DNA of 64,000 bases from Octopus vulgaris (GCA_951406725.2 OX597839.1:22010001-22074000); one strand, 5' to 3'. Numbered from the stretch's first letter, positions 27,065 to 41,040 are shown. The notes: generated by a model from the sequence alone, not told the origin. Program-made: numbers and translations.

Positions 27065-27115
27065 TAAGAAGACAACAATGGTGAAACAGGAACCAGAGGA
27101 TGTCGAGGAAGGATT
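27065..27115 (+). CDS. NSRP1: NSRP1 small coding exon
   Basis: Long pyrimidine tract ttgttttcttgcag|T AAG AAG...GGA TT|gtaag; (S)KKTTMVKQEPEDVEEG; 51 nt, phase 2/2, frame-compatible with neighbours and symmetric, so skippable. Confidence 0.75.
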
Positions 27116-29371
27116 GTAAGTTGATGATTGGATTAATTCTACTTTGAGAATCATCATCATCATCATCATCGTTTAACGTCCGTTCTCCATGCTAGCATGG
27201 GTTGGACGGTTCGACCGGGGATCTGGGAAGCCAGAAGGCTGCACCAGGCTCCAGTCTTATCTGGCAATGTTTCTACAGCTGGATGCCCTTCCTAACGCCA
27301 ACCACACCGTGAGTGTAGTGGGTGCTTTTTACGTGCCACCTGCACAGGTGCCAGGCGAGGCTGGCAACGGCCACAGTCGGATTGGTGTATTTTACGTGTC
27401 ACCGGCACGGAAGCCAGTTGAGGCAGCACTGGCTTCGGCCACGATTCGGATAGTGCTTTTTACGTACCACCAGACCAGGGATCCTGGCTGGTTCAATTCG
27501 ATTAAAACTGATTTCCCTCCCACCCATTGGGTGTTTGTGAGGGTAAGTTTCCCCCACAGTGTATTACTGGTACTTAATCTATCTTTAGCCAAGTTCATTC
27601 CCTTGCAACCTTTTGAAGCAACTTTCTGATGTTACGAGAACCAAAGAGCTGATCCTTCTGTTTCAACTCATCGGTGGGGAAAGGGGCGTGCTCTCTTGTT
27701 TGAGGTAGGGGCGAGGTAAAGTCTCCAGTGGAATTTGAACTCAGAATGTACTGGGGATCAAAGAAATTTCAATGTTCACCACCCCAGTCCACTCAGTTGT
27801 AAATATACACATCAGCAATGTAATTGTAAGGGGATGTAACATTAATCAACTACCACCAGGTATTTGATCCCACACTGTTACAATTGTGTCACTGCCATTG
27901 ATAAATAAGTAAATGACAAAAGTCTTTTGTTAACAGAGTGTCACCAACATCCTGTCTGTGGTGGTGGGGTGGGTGCATGGCTTAGTGGTCAGGGGTGTTG
28001 GATTCATTATTGTAAGATTGCGGTTTCAATTCCTGGACTGGGCAGGCAACGCATTGTGTCCTTGAGCTAAACACTTCGTTACATGTTGCTCTGATCTACT
28101 CAGCTGGCAAAAATGAGTTACTCTGTAATGGACTGGTGTCCCATCCAGGTGGGGCAATATACATACTCCGCAGAAACCAGGAACCCAGCCCTATGAGTCT
28201 TGGGAAAGATCTTTACCCTACTTTTTCTACACTTGGTACAATACTCCACAGTTACAGGACAGATGCACATATTCTTGCAATACAGTACATACCACGCAGG
28301 AGTGGCTGTGTGGTAAGTAGCTTGCTAACCAACCACATGGTTCCGGGTTCAGTCCCACTGCGTGGCATCTTAGGCAGGTGTCTTCTGCTATAGCCCCGGG
28401 CCGACCAATGCCTTGTGAGTGGATTTGGTAGACAGAAACTGAAAGAAGCCTGTCGTGTATATATATATATATATATGTGTATGTGTGTGTTTGTCCCCCT
28501 AGCATTGCTTGACAACCGATGCTGGTGTGTTTACGTCCCCGTCACTTAGCGGTTCGGCAAAAGAGACCGATAGAATAAGTACTGGGCTTCCAAAGAATAA
28601 GTCCTGGGTGTCGATTTGCTCGACTAAAGGCGGTGCTCCAGCATGGCCGCAGTCAAATGACTGAAACAAGTAAAAGAGTAAAGAGTATATATTTGCTGTA
28701 AGAAATTTCATTTTAAATGACCTCAACACACTTTCTCACTATCTCACCGTCCCTGGCAGCCCTTCATGATCTGGTAAATGAGCTAAGAGAGAGGAACTGA
28801 CTAACCCTTATGCATGGTTTTGATATGGTTTCTATGACTGGATGCGCTTCCCTTCACCAGCCACTTTACAGCAGAGATGGAGGACACCAAGGAGGCTATC
28901 CCCAACTGTCCCTTTTCACCAGCAGTCTCTGTTCCCTCCTTGGTGTAACGGAGTGTTACAGAGGTTGGCTGTCAGTCCGCCTTTCTATTGTGCATTGTCT
29001 TCATCCATGGCCAGGCATGGCTGTGTGGTAAGAAGTTGGCTTCTCGATCACATGGTTCTGGGTTCAGTCTCATTGTGTGGCACCTTGGGCAAACATCTTC
29101 TACTATAGCCCCAGACCAACTGAAGCTTCAGTGGATTTGGTTGACAAAAATTTTAAAAAGCCCACCGTGAATGTGTGTGGGTGTTTGTCCCCACTGAAAC
29201 AAGTAAAAATGTTACAAAGGTGTTGGTTGATGCAGTCGGCAGGTTTAGGGAGAGGTTTTGGTCTGTTGAATTGTTAGATTTAGAATTGTTTTGTTTGTAT
29301 TTATTGTAGTTAACGAACATCATTATGTGTTTTATTAATTAGTCTTATTTCTGTTTTGTTTTCTATTTCAG

Positions 29372-31091
29372 GGCAGAAAAGAAGAATCTTTTGAAAGTTG
29401 AAGATGTTGAGATGAAAGTTAGCAGCCATGACGGAGACCGACATCATCCGAGTGTGACCAAAGCTGAAAAAGTGTCGAAACGGAGATCCTCTTCGTCTTC
29501 TTCGTCATCGTCATCGTCATCAGACAGTGCTAAGGAGAGAAAAGAAAGCAAAGGAAGTCGCTGGGGTAAATCTGCTGATAAACAGAAGCCGGAGCTTTCC
29601 GGAAGCAAGAAACACAGCAGTTTTACGAGTCAAAGGAATCAATATTCAGATTCGGATGACTCGCAGAGTGATGACGACAGGCGGAAGCGTAAGAAGTCTA
29701 CCCCTGTCACAAGATCAAGTCCCGTGAGTCGCTCGAGGCACACCGACGAAAGAGGCTATGGTCGCAGTAACCATCACTCCAAATCAAAGTCTCGCTCTCG
29801 TTCTCGTTCGAAATCTGAGGACCGCAGGCCACAACATAAGAAGTCAGAGACTTCAGGTCGAGATAGATTCTCTCGGTCAAGATCCAGAGATGACCGTGTA
29901 CGCCGAAGGGATTATCGGGATAGAAAATCATCACGATCTCACTCACGGGACAGAAAATCCCGATCAAGAGACAGGCGGTCTCGCTCCAGAGACAGACGGT
30001 CTCGATCAAGAGACAAACGGTCGCGATCTAGGGACAAGAGGTCACGGTCTAGAGACAGGCGTTCCATATCCCGTTCCAGAGATCGTGGGCGATTTGACCG
30101 ATTTAAAAGGAAGCCTTACTTCAACTTCAGAAACAGACCTCGGTTCATTCGATACAACCGCAGATCTCGGTCTCGGTCAAGGGATCGAAACCGGTTTGAC
30201 AGATACAATCGAAGGTCTCGATCTAGATCTCGCAACAGAGGCAGGTTCAACCGGTATGAGAGGAAATCTCGTTCACATTCGAGAGAGAAAAGATACGACA
30301 GGAGATCTCGCTCCAGGTCTAGAGACAGGTCAGACAGGAATGAACGCAGTCGACCATCATCTCACAAGCCATCAACTTCAAGCCACACCAGTGCCAGGGG
30401 TCACTCTGAGGACAGGCACAGTGGAAGACCATCATCTAGGGATCGGAAGCGATCGGCAGAGAAAGAACTGCCCCGTGTGAGCATTAATGAAAGGCAACAT
30501 AGAATGGGAGATAAACGAAAATCCAGGACCCCTGTGAAGGTCATACCTATTAACGCATCATCATCATCGTCGTCATCGTCTGATGGTGGTGATGACGATG
30601 GTGAAGACAATACCCGTGATCACCGTTCTCGCGATTACAATCATGATGATGACGACCAGGGTAATAATAATAATAATAATAACAGCCGCGATGGTGGCGG
30701 GAGCGGCAGCAGCGATCACCACCCCCACCATCGCAATCATGACAAAGAGAAAGAAAGCAAGACCCCTGAGGTTATCGATTTAGACACACCCCCAATTGTA
30801 CCCGAGCAGCTGCAGCCCTGCCTGCCTGCCCCACCAGTCTCTTCCTCTCCCTCTCCCCCACCACTTCCATCTGCTCGTTGCTCCCCCCCGCCACGCCTGC
30901 CCTCACCCCCTCCAATCAGTGAGTCAAAAGTGAACAGTGACATTGCTAAAGAGAAATCTGACTCCAAAAGTGACATTCCCCCCAAATATGCCAAGCACAC
31001 GGTTGGCCAGTCCCTCCTCGATGCACAGGAACGATATTTTAAACGCAAGATAACTCAGAACCCAGCCATAGTCCCAGCAGAAAGCAACTGA
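29372..31091 (+). CDS. NSRP1: NSRP1 last coding exon: RS-rich and proline-rich regions plus conserved C-terminal motif
   Basis: ttctatttcag|G GCA GAA AAG... in frame with the 566-aa ORF; ends KYAKHTVGQSLLDAQERYFKRK...ESN*, matching the NSRP1 C-terminal KFAKR.....SARERYL.R motif. Confidence 0.93.
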
Positions 31092-31848
31092 AGCACATTA
31101 TTATTATTATTATTATTATTAAATGAAATTTTTTCTTTAAAATAAGTTTTCAGTGTGTGTGTGTGTCTGTGTGTGTGCATAGTAGTGTCTATATATATAT
31201 ATATTATATATATACACTTGTATGTTGATGTGTTTGTGTGTGTGCATTCACATGCATTTGTGCACATTTGAAATATGAAATATGTGTGTGTGGGTGTGTG
31301 TTGAAATATATGTACATGTATGTGTGCATGTCTGTGTATGTATCTATGCGTATACATGCACACAGATGCACAGGTATGTGAATCTACCTATTTATGCGTG
31401 TATAATATACGTGTGGGTATCATTATAAACATATACAAATATACATGTAAAACTACATATATTTGTATACACACGTGTGTGTGTGTATACGTGTGTGTGT
31501 GTGTGTGTGCGTATATATATAAATATATACGCATGCACACGCGCGTGTGTGTGTGTGCGTGTGTGTATAAACACTTGTAATTTGTTTTCACTTTGAATTT
31601 TTAAAAAAAAATCTTCTTTCTTGTAAATCTTTGAATTTTTTTTTTTTTATTTTTGATTCTGCTGAATGTTTTAGATCCACAAAAAAAAAAAAAGACAAAA
31701 CAAACAAAAAATCTGATCAATTGGTAAAAATATTAAACAGAATATTTCTGAAACTTCCAGTTTTCTTTGTGGCCCGACTATTTATACATTGGTCATCATC
31801 ATCATCATCATCATCATCTTCATGAAAATATTTGTTTTCTCTTAGGAC

Positions 31849-32079
31849 TTTAACATTTACAATTTTATGTTCAAACTGGCCTCATCTGGCCTCTTACACC
31901 AGCCCTACAGTGTCATTCAAAGAATTTTAACATTTACAATATTATGTTCAAACTGGCCTCATCTGGCCTCTTACACCAGCCCTACAGTGTCATTCAAAGA
32001 ATTTTAACATTTACAATATTATGTTCAAACTGGCCTCATCTGGCCTCTTACACTAGCCCTACAGTGTTATTCAAAGAAT
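31849..32079. repeat. 77-bp x 3 tandem repeat from the same MITE family
   Basis: Units start at 31849, 31926 and 32003. Confidence 0.9.
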
Positions 32080-35000
32080 CATATGCTACAAGATATTCTT
32101 TTATTTGTTTCAGTCATTCGACTGTGGCCATGCTGGAGCACTGCCCTAAGTTGAACGAATCGACCCCTGGACTTATTCTTTGTAAAATTAGTACTTATTC
32201 TATTGGTCTCTTTTTGCCAAACCACTAAGTTATGGGACGCAAACACTCCAGCATCGGTTGTCAAACAAAGGTGGGGGGACAGACACAGACACGCAAACAC
32301 ATATATATATATACGACTGGCTTTTTTCAGTTTCTGTCTAGTACATCTACTCACAAGGCTTTGGTTGGCCTTTGCCCAAGGTGCCATGCAATGGGACTGA
32401 ACCCAGAACTATGGTTGGGAAGCAAGCTTCTTACCACACAGCCACGTCTGCGCCTCCACACTGCCACATGCATAATTAATTCAAAACAGTGGGAACCAAC
32501 TACATTTGACAGAATAATCTGAATGCTAAAGGGTTCAACAGAAACAGCCGAGTCAGCCCTGTTTATATAAGTTGCAGCGCGGGCATGGCTGTGTGGTTAG
32601 GGAGCTTGCTTCCTAGCTACATGGTTTCGGGTTCAGTCCCACTGCGTGGCACTTTGGGTAGGTGTCTTTCACTATAGCCCCGAGCTGACCGGAGCTTTGT
32701 GATTGAATTCGGTAGGTGGTAGTTACTGCCGTGTGTGTATATGTGCGTGTAGGTGCTTGTGCCTCTCCGAAAGAGAGAGAGGGATGTCATACCTTGCTAC
32801 TCTGTCGACTGAGATCCCTATTGACAGGCCCCTGATATTTAAAGTAATGTGCTGACACGGTATGCAAATTAGTAACCCCAGATTTCTGCAGCTCCTGGAA
32901 TGTTTGAATATAATAATGTTCGTCCTTCAGGTTCGAAGATGACCACTGACATCATCTGGTGGAACTGCCGCTATGAGACCGGAGGTGGCTGGTGAGGCCA
33001 ATCCGGGCAAGGAAGCCCCTCCCACAGGTGGGGCAGAAGTGGGTAGGGGCCGTGCTACTGGTGCAGGCGGCTCTGGCTTTCCGCATCTGGCGTTTCTGCT
33101 CTGCTGACCGAATCCGTCCCTCCTCGGCTGTCCCTGCTCCTGGAATGGTTGAATATATAAACGGATTGGCTACATGTAAACGGATTGGCTACATGTGTGT
33201 CTGGGATTGGTCAAATTGATGGAGACAACACCTCTGATGAGACTCAATTATGGTTTGAAAGTTGATTGAGATGGTTTGTCATTTGTTCAATCTACAAAGT
33301 AATTGCTAAACCAGCCCTTTTCGTAAGCTTACATGTATATCATCATCATCATCATCATCATCATTGTCTAATGTCCGTTTTCCATGCTTGCATGGGTTGA
33401 CAGGTTTGACAAGTTGGCCAGCCAGGGGCTGTCCAGACTCCCAACTGTTTGATCCGGCATGGTTTCTGGGGCTTGATGCCCTTCCTAACACCAACCACTT
33501 TACAGTGTGCTGGCTACTTTTTTTATGTGCCACTGGCGCACACACACACACACACACACACATTATTCCTTTAGCATTTAAACTGGCTGGATCGGGCCTC
33601 TCACACCAACCTTGCAATGCCACTCTAAAAATAAATAATCACATCACCGAAATCTCAAAGCTATGAGATAATCCATGATTAATTGAAAACAATGTGAATG
33701 AATAAGGATTACATTTGACAGATTAATCTGGATGCTAAAGGGTTGAATCGACTATATCCGGCCCCAAATATTCTTCTTCCTGTTTTATGTTCAAACTGGC
33801 CAGATCCTATTGCTCGCACCTGCTCTACAATGTCATTCTAAAAATAATCACATCATTGAAATCTCAAAGCTAAGAGATAATCCATGATTAATTCAAAACC
33901 TTGTGAATAAATAAGCATTAGATTTGGTAAGAGTAATCTGAATGTTGATGGGTTTGGTGATGCAGACAGGGAATTAGAACTCAAATCATGAATACTCTTT
34001 ACTCTCTTTTACTTGTTTCAGTCATTTGACTGCGGCCATGCTGGAGCACCACCTTTAGTCGAGCAAATCGACCCCAGGACTTATTCTTTGTAAGCCCAGT
34101 ACTTATTCTATCGGTCTCTTTTGCCGAACCGCTAAGTGACGGGGATGTAAACACACCAGCATCGGTTGTCAAGCAATGCTAGGGGGACAAACACACACAC
34201 ACAAACACACACACACATACATACATATATATATACATATATATATATATACGACAGGCTTCTTTCAGTTTCCGTCTACCAAATCCACTCACAAGGCATT
34301 GGTCGGCCCGGGGCTATAGTAGAAGACACTTGCCCAAGATGCCACGCAGTGGGACTGAACCCGGAACCATGTGGTTAATTAGCAAGCTACTTACCACACA
34401 GCCACTCCTGCGCCTATATATAACTTCTACCGATTTTGCTCGTATTTTGTCTGACCCCTACTCATGTCATTTTAAAAACAAGCAATCACATCATTAACTA
34501 CAACAGTGTGAATAAATAAGCTTTATATTTGACAGAGTAATCTGATTGCTAAAGGGTTCAACATGTTGTTTGCCCTGGCCAAGGTCAGTGACTTAGTGCG
34601 TCGGACATTGCTGAGTGACGCAGGGGACTTGAACCAGTGACCTCGCTATTTGACTGGGACTTCATTTTATCAACATAAGCCAGTGCCGCCTCGACTGGCT
34701 TCCGTGCAGGTGGCACGTAAAATGCACCAATCCGACCGTGGCCGATGCCAGCCTCGCCTGGCACCAGTGCAGGTGGCACGTAAAAAGCACCCACTACACT
34801 CACGGAGTGGTTGGCGTTAGGAAGGGCATCCAGCTGTAGAAACATTGCCAGATAAGACCGGGGCCTGGTGCAGCCTTCTGGCTTCCCAGATCCCCGGTCG
34901 AACCGTCCAACCCATGCTAGCATGAGGAACGGACGTTAAACGATGATGATGATGATGATGATGATTCCATCGTTTCAGGCCTGATAAAGTACAGTTCTAG

Positions 35001-37159
35001 TGAAGTATGAGAGTCGGTGTTAGTGACTAACCCCTGACCTCTCCTAGTTTACTGGCCTTGTGCATCATCACTTAACGTCCGCTTTCCATGCTGGCATGGG
35101 TTAGATGGTTTGACAGAGAGCTATCCAGACTCCAATTGTCTGTCGTCGCATGGGTTCTATGGCTAGATGCCAACCACTTTACAGAGGTTCTGGTGGTTTT
35201 AAGTGGCACTAGCACCTAAAACAACAAGCCTGTATCTATGGATGACAGCAGTTTTACTTAGCTTGACAAAATGTCTCGTCAAGTACAGCAAATTGCCACA
35301 TCTGACGGCCCCTTGTTATTTCCTCAGTGAGGCCCAGCATCTGAAAAATTCTTTCTCACCACTTTTGAAATATTTCATGTAATTTCAGAGAGATGAGTTA
35401 AAAATTGTTTGGTTCCTAAATTAAAAATCAGGAAGGCTTGTATAATCCTTGAAAGACCCTCTCTATCCTGTTGGTATGATCCCGAGAGAAACAGGTGAAA
35501 TTTCTGGGGTCAATACAAATTGCATTCTCAGGGGTGTGAGAGCACCAGGATCTTCTAAACGTAGGGAATCTTATTTGCCATCTCTGCACAAACATATGTA
35601 TATGTGTGTGTGAGTGTATGCATATTTGCTTGTCCATAAGTGTGTGTGCCTGTATGTCATTATCATCGTTTAGCGTCCGTTTTCCATGCTAGCATGGGTT
35701 GGACGGTTCTACTGGGGTCTGTGAAGCCAGAAGGCTTCATCAGGCCCAGTCAGATTTGGCAGTGTTTCTACGGCTGGATGCCCTTCCTAACGCTAACCAC
35801 TCTGTGAGAGTAGTGGGTGCTTTTTACGTGCCACCCGCACAGGTGCCAGACAGAGCTGGCAAACGGCCACGAACGGATGGTGCTTTTTACGTGCCACCGG
35901 CACGAGGCCAGTCGGGGCGGTGCTGGCAACGGTCGCGAAACGGAAGGTTCTCTTACATGCCACCTGCACTGGTAACATATCTGCAATTTCCATTGATCGA
36001 TTTCGATTCATATTAGCCAAGTTAGGAAGATCTATGAACAAGGCTAATTTAGCTGTTTCTCCATAGATTGAGAAAACTGATGAACGACCTCAATCAATTT
36101 CCAACTTTCCCAATTCTCAGTGGAGGTGTTGTTTACATTGATTTGACAAATCCCAAAGAAAAAAGCCACCAATCTGCTTGCTATGCAGAATGCTTACAAC
36201 CATTGGAAGGAGAGGAAAAGAGTCCAGGGCTGCTGTGCAGCAGAAACAGATTTGTTGTTTATGGAGCAAGAGGAGAAGATAATGAGCAGTGATTTGGTCA
36301 GCAATGGGAGAGTGTTATGGTTCAGGGGTTGAAACCTCCGATGATTGTTGGATATTGTCTGATGACATCAGTTCCTCCTGGCCAAAGCTAACCATTCACT
36401 TTGGTGAGTGGAGAAAATAAGCACCTTCCGATGAGTGTTAATAACATAACAGATCCACGAAATATGATTGAATGTAAGAGACGAAGCTATTTACATGTAT
36501 CAGAACGCTGAATTCATTTCAAGACTTGATTTTGTTTTACAGTTAACCCATTAGCATTTAAACCGGCCATATCCGGCCAAAAATATTCTACCTGTTTTAT
36601 GTTCAAACTAGCCCTATCTGGTCTCTCACACCAACCCTACAATATCGTTTGAAAAATTAACAGCTACCTCATCAAAATCTCATAACTACAAGATAATGCA
36701 TGATTAGTTCAAAACAATGTGGATAAAAAAGGATTAATTTTGGCAGAATAATGTGAACACTAAAGGGTTAAATATCTAATTACTTTTTCAATCCGTTTTT
36801 ACTCTAGAATTGAAAATGGTCTACTTAAATCCGAACCTGTACCATCAGACATTTAGCACTGCAAATTCTATTCTATTGTTGGAAAAAAAATATCCAGTTC
36901 GTTAAATTAGACACGACCTACCTTGTACAAGAAATAGACCACATGAGACAGGGCTTATCATCAGGTGGCATGCACTACTATAAAAAATTGATAAAGATCC
37001 TCCCTGAATCATAGAGATGCATAGGATTGGTTTCTGTGTTACATACATTTCCCCTGGACTGGAAGCCAGTCCATTGCACAGTTACTCACTTTTGCCAGCT
37101 GAGTGAACTGGAGCAACAGGAAACGAGGTGTTTTACTCAAGAACACATTTCCCTATTAA

Positions 37160-37370
37160 CCCTTTCGTTACCAACCCGGCTGAAACCGGCTTTGGCTCTT
37201 TAGTATGAATCTCTTGTTTTGAATTCAAATCTTCCACCAAACCTTAGTCACAAGTTATGTTCCTAACACTAGCTGAATGATAACCAAATTATTTTACTAA
37301 ATTCGTTGTTATATTTAAAATGATTGGAAGAAACACAGAGCATCTCAAAATAAATACAGTAACGAAAGGG
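37160..37370. mobile_element. piggyBac-type MITE family 3
   Basis: TTAA|CCCTTTCGTTAC...GTAACGAAAGGG|TTAA. Confidence 0.85.
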
Positions 37371-37559
37371 TTAAAGAATCGAAACCATGATCATGTGTCC
37401 AACACACTAACCATTAAGCCATGCACCCTGGCACACTTGAAGAGAAAGCAAGAAAATGAAACCAAAAATGGAAATGGTTATATTTTGGTTTGGTGGAACA
37501 AAATTGGTAAATGTTTCTCCAAGTAGCAGGGGACTTGTCTGAAAGCCTCAGGACTGCTG

Positions 37560-37960
37560 CTATAAAAAGAAAATTCCAGCCCGACTCTTTCAAGTAGTGT
37601 CCTTTATGCAGCACCGTTTCCATTGATGGAAGCATTCCTGGGACTCCTTTGTCGGGACAGTAAGTGGCTGCTGTACCGTATTCTCTTGATCTTCAAGGCT
37701 TGTGGGTCACTGCAAAGACTGAGCTTTGGTTTTGGGGTCATAGCCATTGACCAACAATTCTTCACGTGTTATGACCATTTTGAAAAAGTTTTCATCTTAG
37801 CACAATCAAAGAGATCCTGCACAGCCGAAAACCAGTCTCCTTGTTGAGATGACAACACTCTACACCCTTTCACCCAAGAACTTTAACAAACAACAGAAGA
37901 AAGCAAGAACATTATTAACTTAACGGGCCTGTGTGACATGGTCGAAGGTCATTGGGTGCC
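37560..37960 (-). pseudogene. Decayed, internally deleted mariner transposase fragment
   Basis: Minus strand VITREELLVNGYDPKTKAQSLQ* resembles IITGDETWVYGYDPETKQQSSQW; QECFHQWKR resembles the mariner C-terminus. Confidence 0.65.
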
Positions 37961-38151
37961 AAGTGGCTTCACTCTGCAAAGTTAAGCTCTTATTACCATG
38001 GCAACAGTCTTGATCACAACTTGTATGTTTCCGTGTTTTTCTGACTGGATGCTCTTCCTCTCACCAACTTAACACGTTAACATATTTGTGTTACAATTTA
38101 CATTATAAACCAAGTTTTTAAAATTAAGGTAATATTTATTCCACTTGGCTC

Positions 38152-38295
38152 CACTAGCGTAGTTGGGGGAGCGAACAGTCTGCCCTGGGCGGCAGTTTGG
38201 GCCTGCTGTAGGCAATGTGTTTTTTTTTTTTTGTGGGGTCTGGGGGCAACAAACAAGGGCTGCCCCAGGTGGCATACACTCTAGCTCCGCTAGTG
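38152..38295. mobile_element. Short hAT-type MITE
   Basis: TIR CACTAGCG.AG/CT.CGCTAGTG; TSD cttggctc/cttgtctc (7/8). Confidence 0.65.
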
Positions 38296-38697
38296 CTTGT
38301 CTCCGCATTAAAATCAACCAAGTCTCTGAATGTGGGGCCTTCGTTTACTTGAGAACATCATTCAACATTGCGACTGGATTTATTCAAATGGTTTTAATGA
38401 ACACACAAAGTAACGTTTACACTTGTACTCAAGAAGATGAGTACTTTGCAGCAGAAGTGTAAAGACTGGTCCTTCTGGTGGCGTGAAGGACTCACAGTGG
38501 TGCCACGTGAAAGCACGCATGTGGCATTACCTAAAAATGCTTGTGTGGTGCCATTTAGAAGCACCCAGCATACTCAGTAAAGCAGTTGGCATTAGGAAGG
38601 GCATTCGGCCATAGAAACCAGGACAAATCAGGCTGGTGCAGCTCTGGCCAAACTGTCCAACCCATGCAACAGACGTTAAATGATAATTAGATATATA

Positions 38698-38930
38698 AGG
38701 CGGTGAGCTGGCGGAAACGTTAGCAGGCCGGGCGAAATGCGTAGCCGTATTTCGTCTGCCGCTACGTTCTGAGTTCAAATTCCGCCGAGGTCGACTTTGC
38801 CTTTCATCCTTTCGGGGTCGATTAAGTAAGTACCAGTTACGTACTGGGGTCGATATAATCGACTTAATCCGTTTGTCTGTCCTTGTTTGTCCCCTCTATG
38901 TTTAGCCCCTTGTGGGTAGTAAAGAAATAG
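38698..38930 (+). mobile_element. tRNA-headed SINE family B (~230 bp). Other copies: ~1907-2136, 7221-7448, 12311-12676 (5' part duplicated), 13630-13849(-), 49412-49636, 50531-50781, 56703-56845, 61234-61457(-)
   Basis: GGCGGCGAGCTGGCAGAA...GAGTTCAAATTCC (A/B-box-like) ... GTGGGTAGTAAAGAAATA in near-identical copies. Confidence 0.9.
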
Positions 38931-40289
38931 ATAATTATATTTATTCATGGAGGATGTTACAGTTTTAACTCCTAATCCATTAAGAATGTCATATTTTTTC
39001 ATTCTTTCTTGTGTTTTGTGCTCTGAAATCTTCAGAAGTGAACTCTGGATTTACTTATCAAATGGAGGTCCAAATGTGCCTTGCACCAAAATCTGGAACC
39101 ACAGTCCCTGTCAAAAATAATGGCTTGAATTTCTGGCTCTGGTTTTATTGATTTCACTTGAAGCTTTCTTCCATTTTCTTTCTTTTTTTTTTTTTATTGA
39201 AAGACATTTCATTGTTTTGTACTCTAGGCACAAAGTCCAAAATTATTGGGGAAGGAGGCCAGTCGATTAGATCGACACCAGTATGCAACTGGTACTTAAT
39301 ATACAGAAGGATGAAAGGCAAAGTTGACCTTGGTGGAAGGAGGCCAGTCGATTAGATTGACACCAGTATGCAACTGGTACTTATTATACAGAAGGATGAA
39401 AGGCAAAGTCGACCTTGGTGGAATTTGAACTCAGAACATAAAGACAGACGAAATACCGCTCAGCATTTTGCCCAGTGTGCTAACGTTTCTGCCAGCTTGC
39501 CACCTTTGAAACATTTTTACAGGAAGAAAAAAAAATTAGAAGTATCATCATCATCATCGTTTAACATCCGCTTTCCATGCTAGTACGGGTTGGACGGTTC
39601 AACTGGGGTCTGGCGAGCCCGAAGGCTGCACCAGGCCAGTCAGATCTGGCAGTGTTTCTACAGCTGGATGCCCTTCCTAACACCAACCACTCCGAGTATA
39701 AAATATTAAATTATTGAGAAAACACCCCTATAACTATCTCAGCAAAAAAAACAAAAAAGGGGCTGGGTGGGAATTAAGCAGCTGAAGACAAGGGAAGGGA
39801 ATAATGTGTTGTAGACCCCACTTTTGTCTCCAGTCCTTATTATTTCACCCACCCACCCTCTTAATATTCTCACCTGCATAAAGAAGACTTAATTTGTATC
39901 TTCTCTCTCCTTGCACGCACACACACACACACACACATATGCTTACTCATACTCTATCAGTCTGTCTGTCTGTCTCTTATCATCCCCATCATTTAATGTC
40001 CGTTTCCCATGTTGGCATTGGCTAAATGGTTTGACAGGAGCCACACCAAACTCCATGGTTTCTTTCTACAGCTGGATGCCCTTCCTAATGCCAACCATTT
40101 CACAGACTGTATTGGTGTTTTCTTTTACATGGCACCAGCATGGATGCTTTGTGCCACTTAAAAAGCACCACTACGTCCATTTGTCTATCTGTCTCTCTGC
40201 CTGCCTATCCACCTACCTACCTATGTGTGTGTGTGCTTGAATATGAGCTAAAAGGAGCTGAGAGTAGGCAATGTGCCATTCCACAATTC

Positions 40290-40530
40290 CGTCTCGGTAA
40301 CCAACCACTTGACAGAGACAGGCATCAGAACAGTCTCTCACTCTACCTACATTCCAGACCTAGTCCCCTGTGACTTTCGGTTGTTCCCCTAGCCAAAGGA
40401 GAAGGTGAAAGAGGCTATGACAAGGCTACTGGACACCTTCACTGTAGAGGACTCTTCCGTGGGGCCTTTACCAACGCTACAATACATGCCTTGAAGCCAG
40501 AGGATCCTATTTTGAAAGAGATTAGAGTTT
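40290..40530 (+). pseudogene. Decayed mariner transposase C-terminus
   Basis: HSTYIPDLVPCDFRLFP* resembles HPPYSPDLAPCDFWLFP; ends ...CLEARGSYFERD*. Confidence 0.7.
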
Positions 40531-40657
40531 TGCACTGCTTTGAAATTAATAAATGTTTCTCCTGAAAACTCCTGGAATGTTTTTTCAACATACATGTGTG
40601 TGTGTGTGTTTTGTGTTAGGCTAAGAAGCTGTTGGACCAGAATTTTCGATTCTAGTC

Positions 40658-40658
<1 letters not shown>

Positions 40659-40693
<35 letters not shown>

Positions 40694-41040
40694 AATTATT
40701 GTATACAGTGCTCGGGTGCACCACAACTTGTCAGAAAGTGCATATAAAGTACATGCAGCAATGTAGAAATGTCTGGAAAGTGAGCATGCTTGTGTGTGTA
40801 TGGAGGGGAGAAAATCAAGTGTAGTGTTGGCGAATCTCAGGAAGCATGGAAGTCTTGAAGGATGCAGTGCTCCGACAACTAAGAACTGATGCCGGCAGTT
40901 TGTTCCACACTTCAGCAACTCTCAGTGTGAAAAAATGTTTCCTGAAGTCATGGGAGCTGTGCTGTTTTCTTACTTTGTAAATATGTCCACGGGTGTTAGA
41001 TGGGTGGAGTTTGAAGAGATGCTCAGAGTTATTGTTTGTA
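40659..41040 (-). mobile_element. Same LINE 3' end, un-amplified single copy with (TTA)n tail
   Basis: Colinear with 50970-51217 plus 52441-52550; (AAT)n on + at 40659-40690. Confidence 0.85.

Noticed and set aside
29758-30480. 240-aa overlapping ORF in the +1 frame of the NSRP1 last exon
   Set aside because: Expected shadow of low-complexity Arg/Ser/Asp codons; no recognisable protein
38698-38790. tRNA genes
   Set aside because: A/B-box-like heads belong to SINEs; no cloverleaf or Pol III terminator
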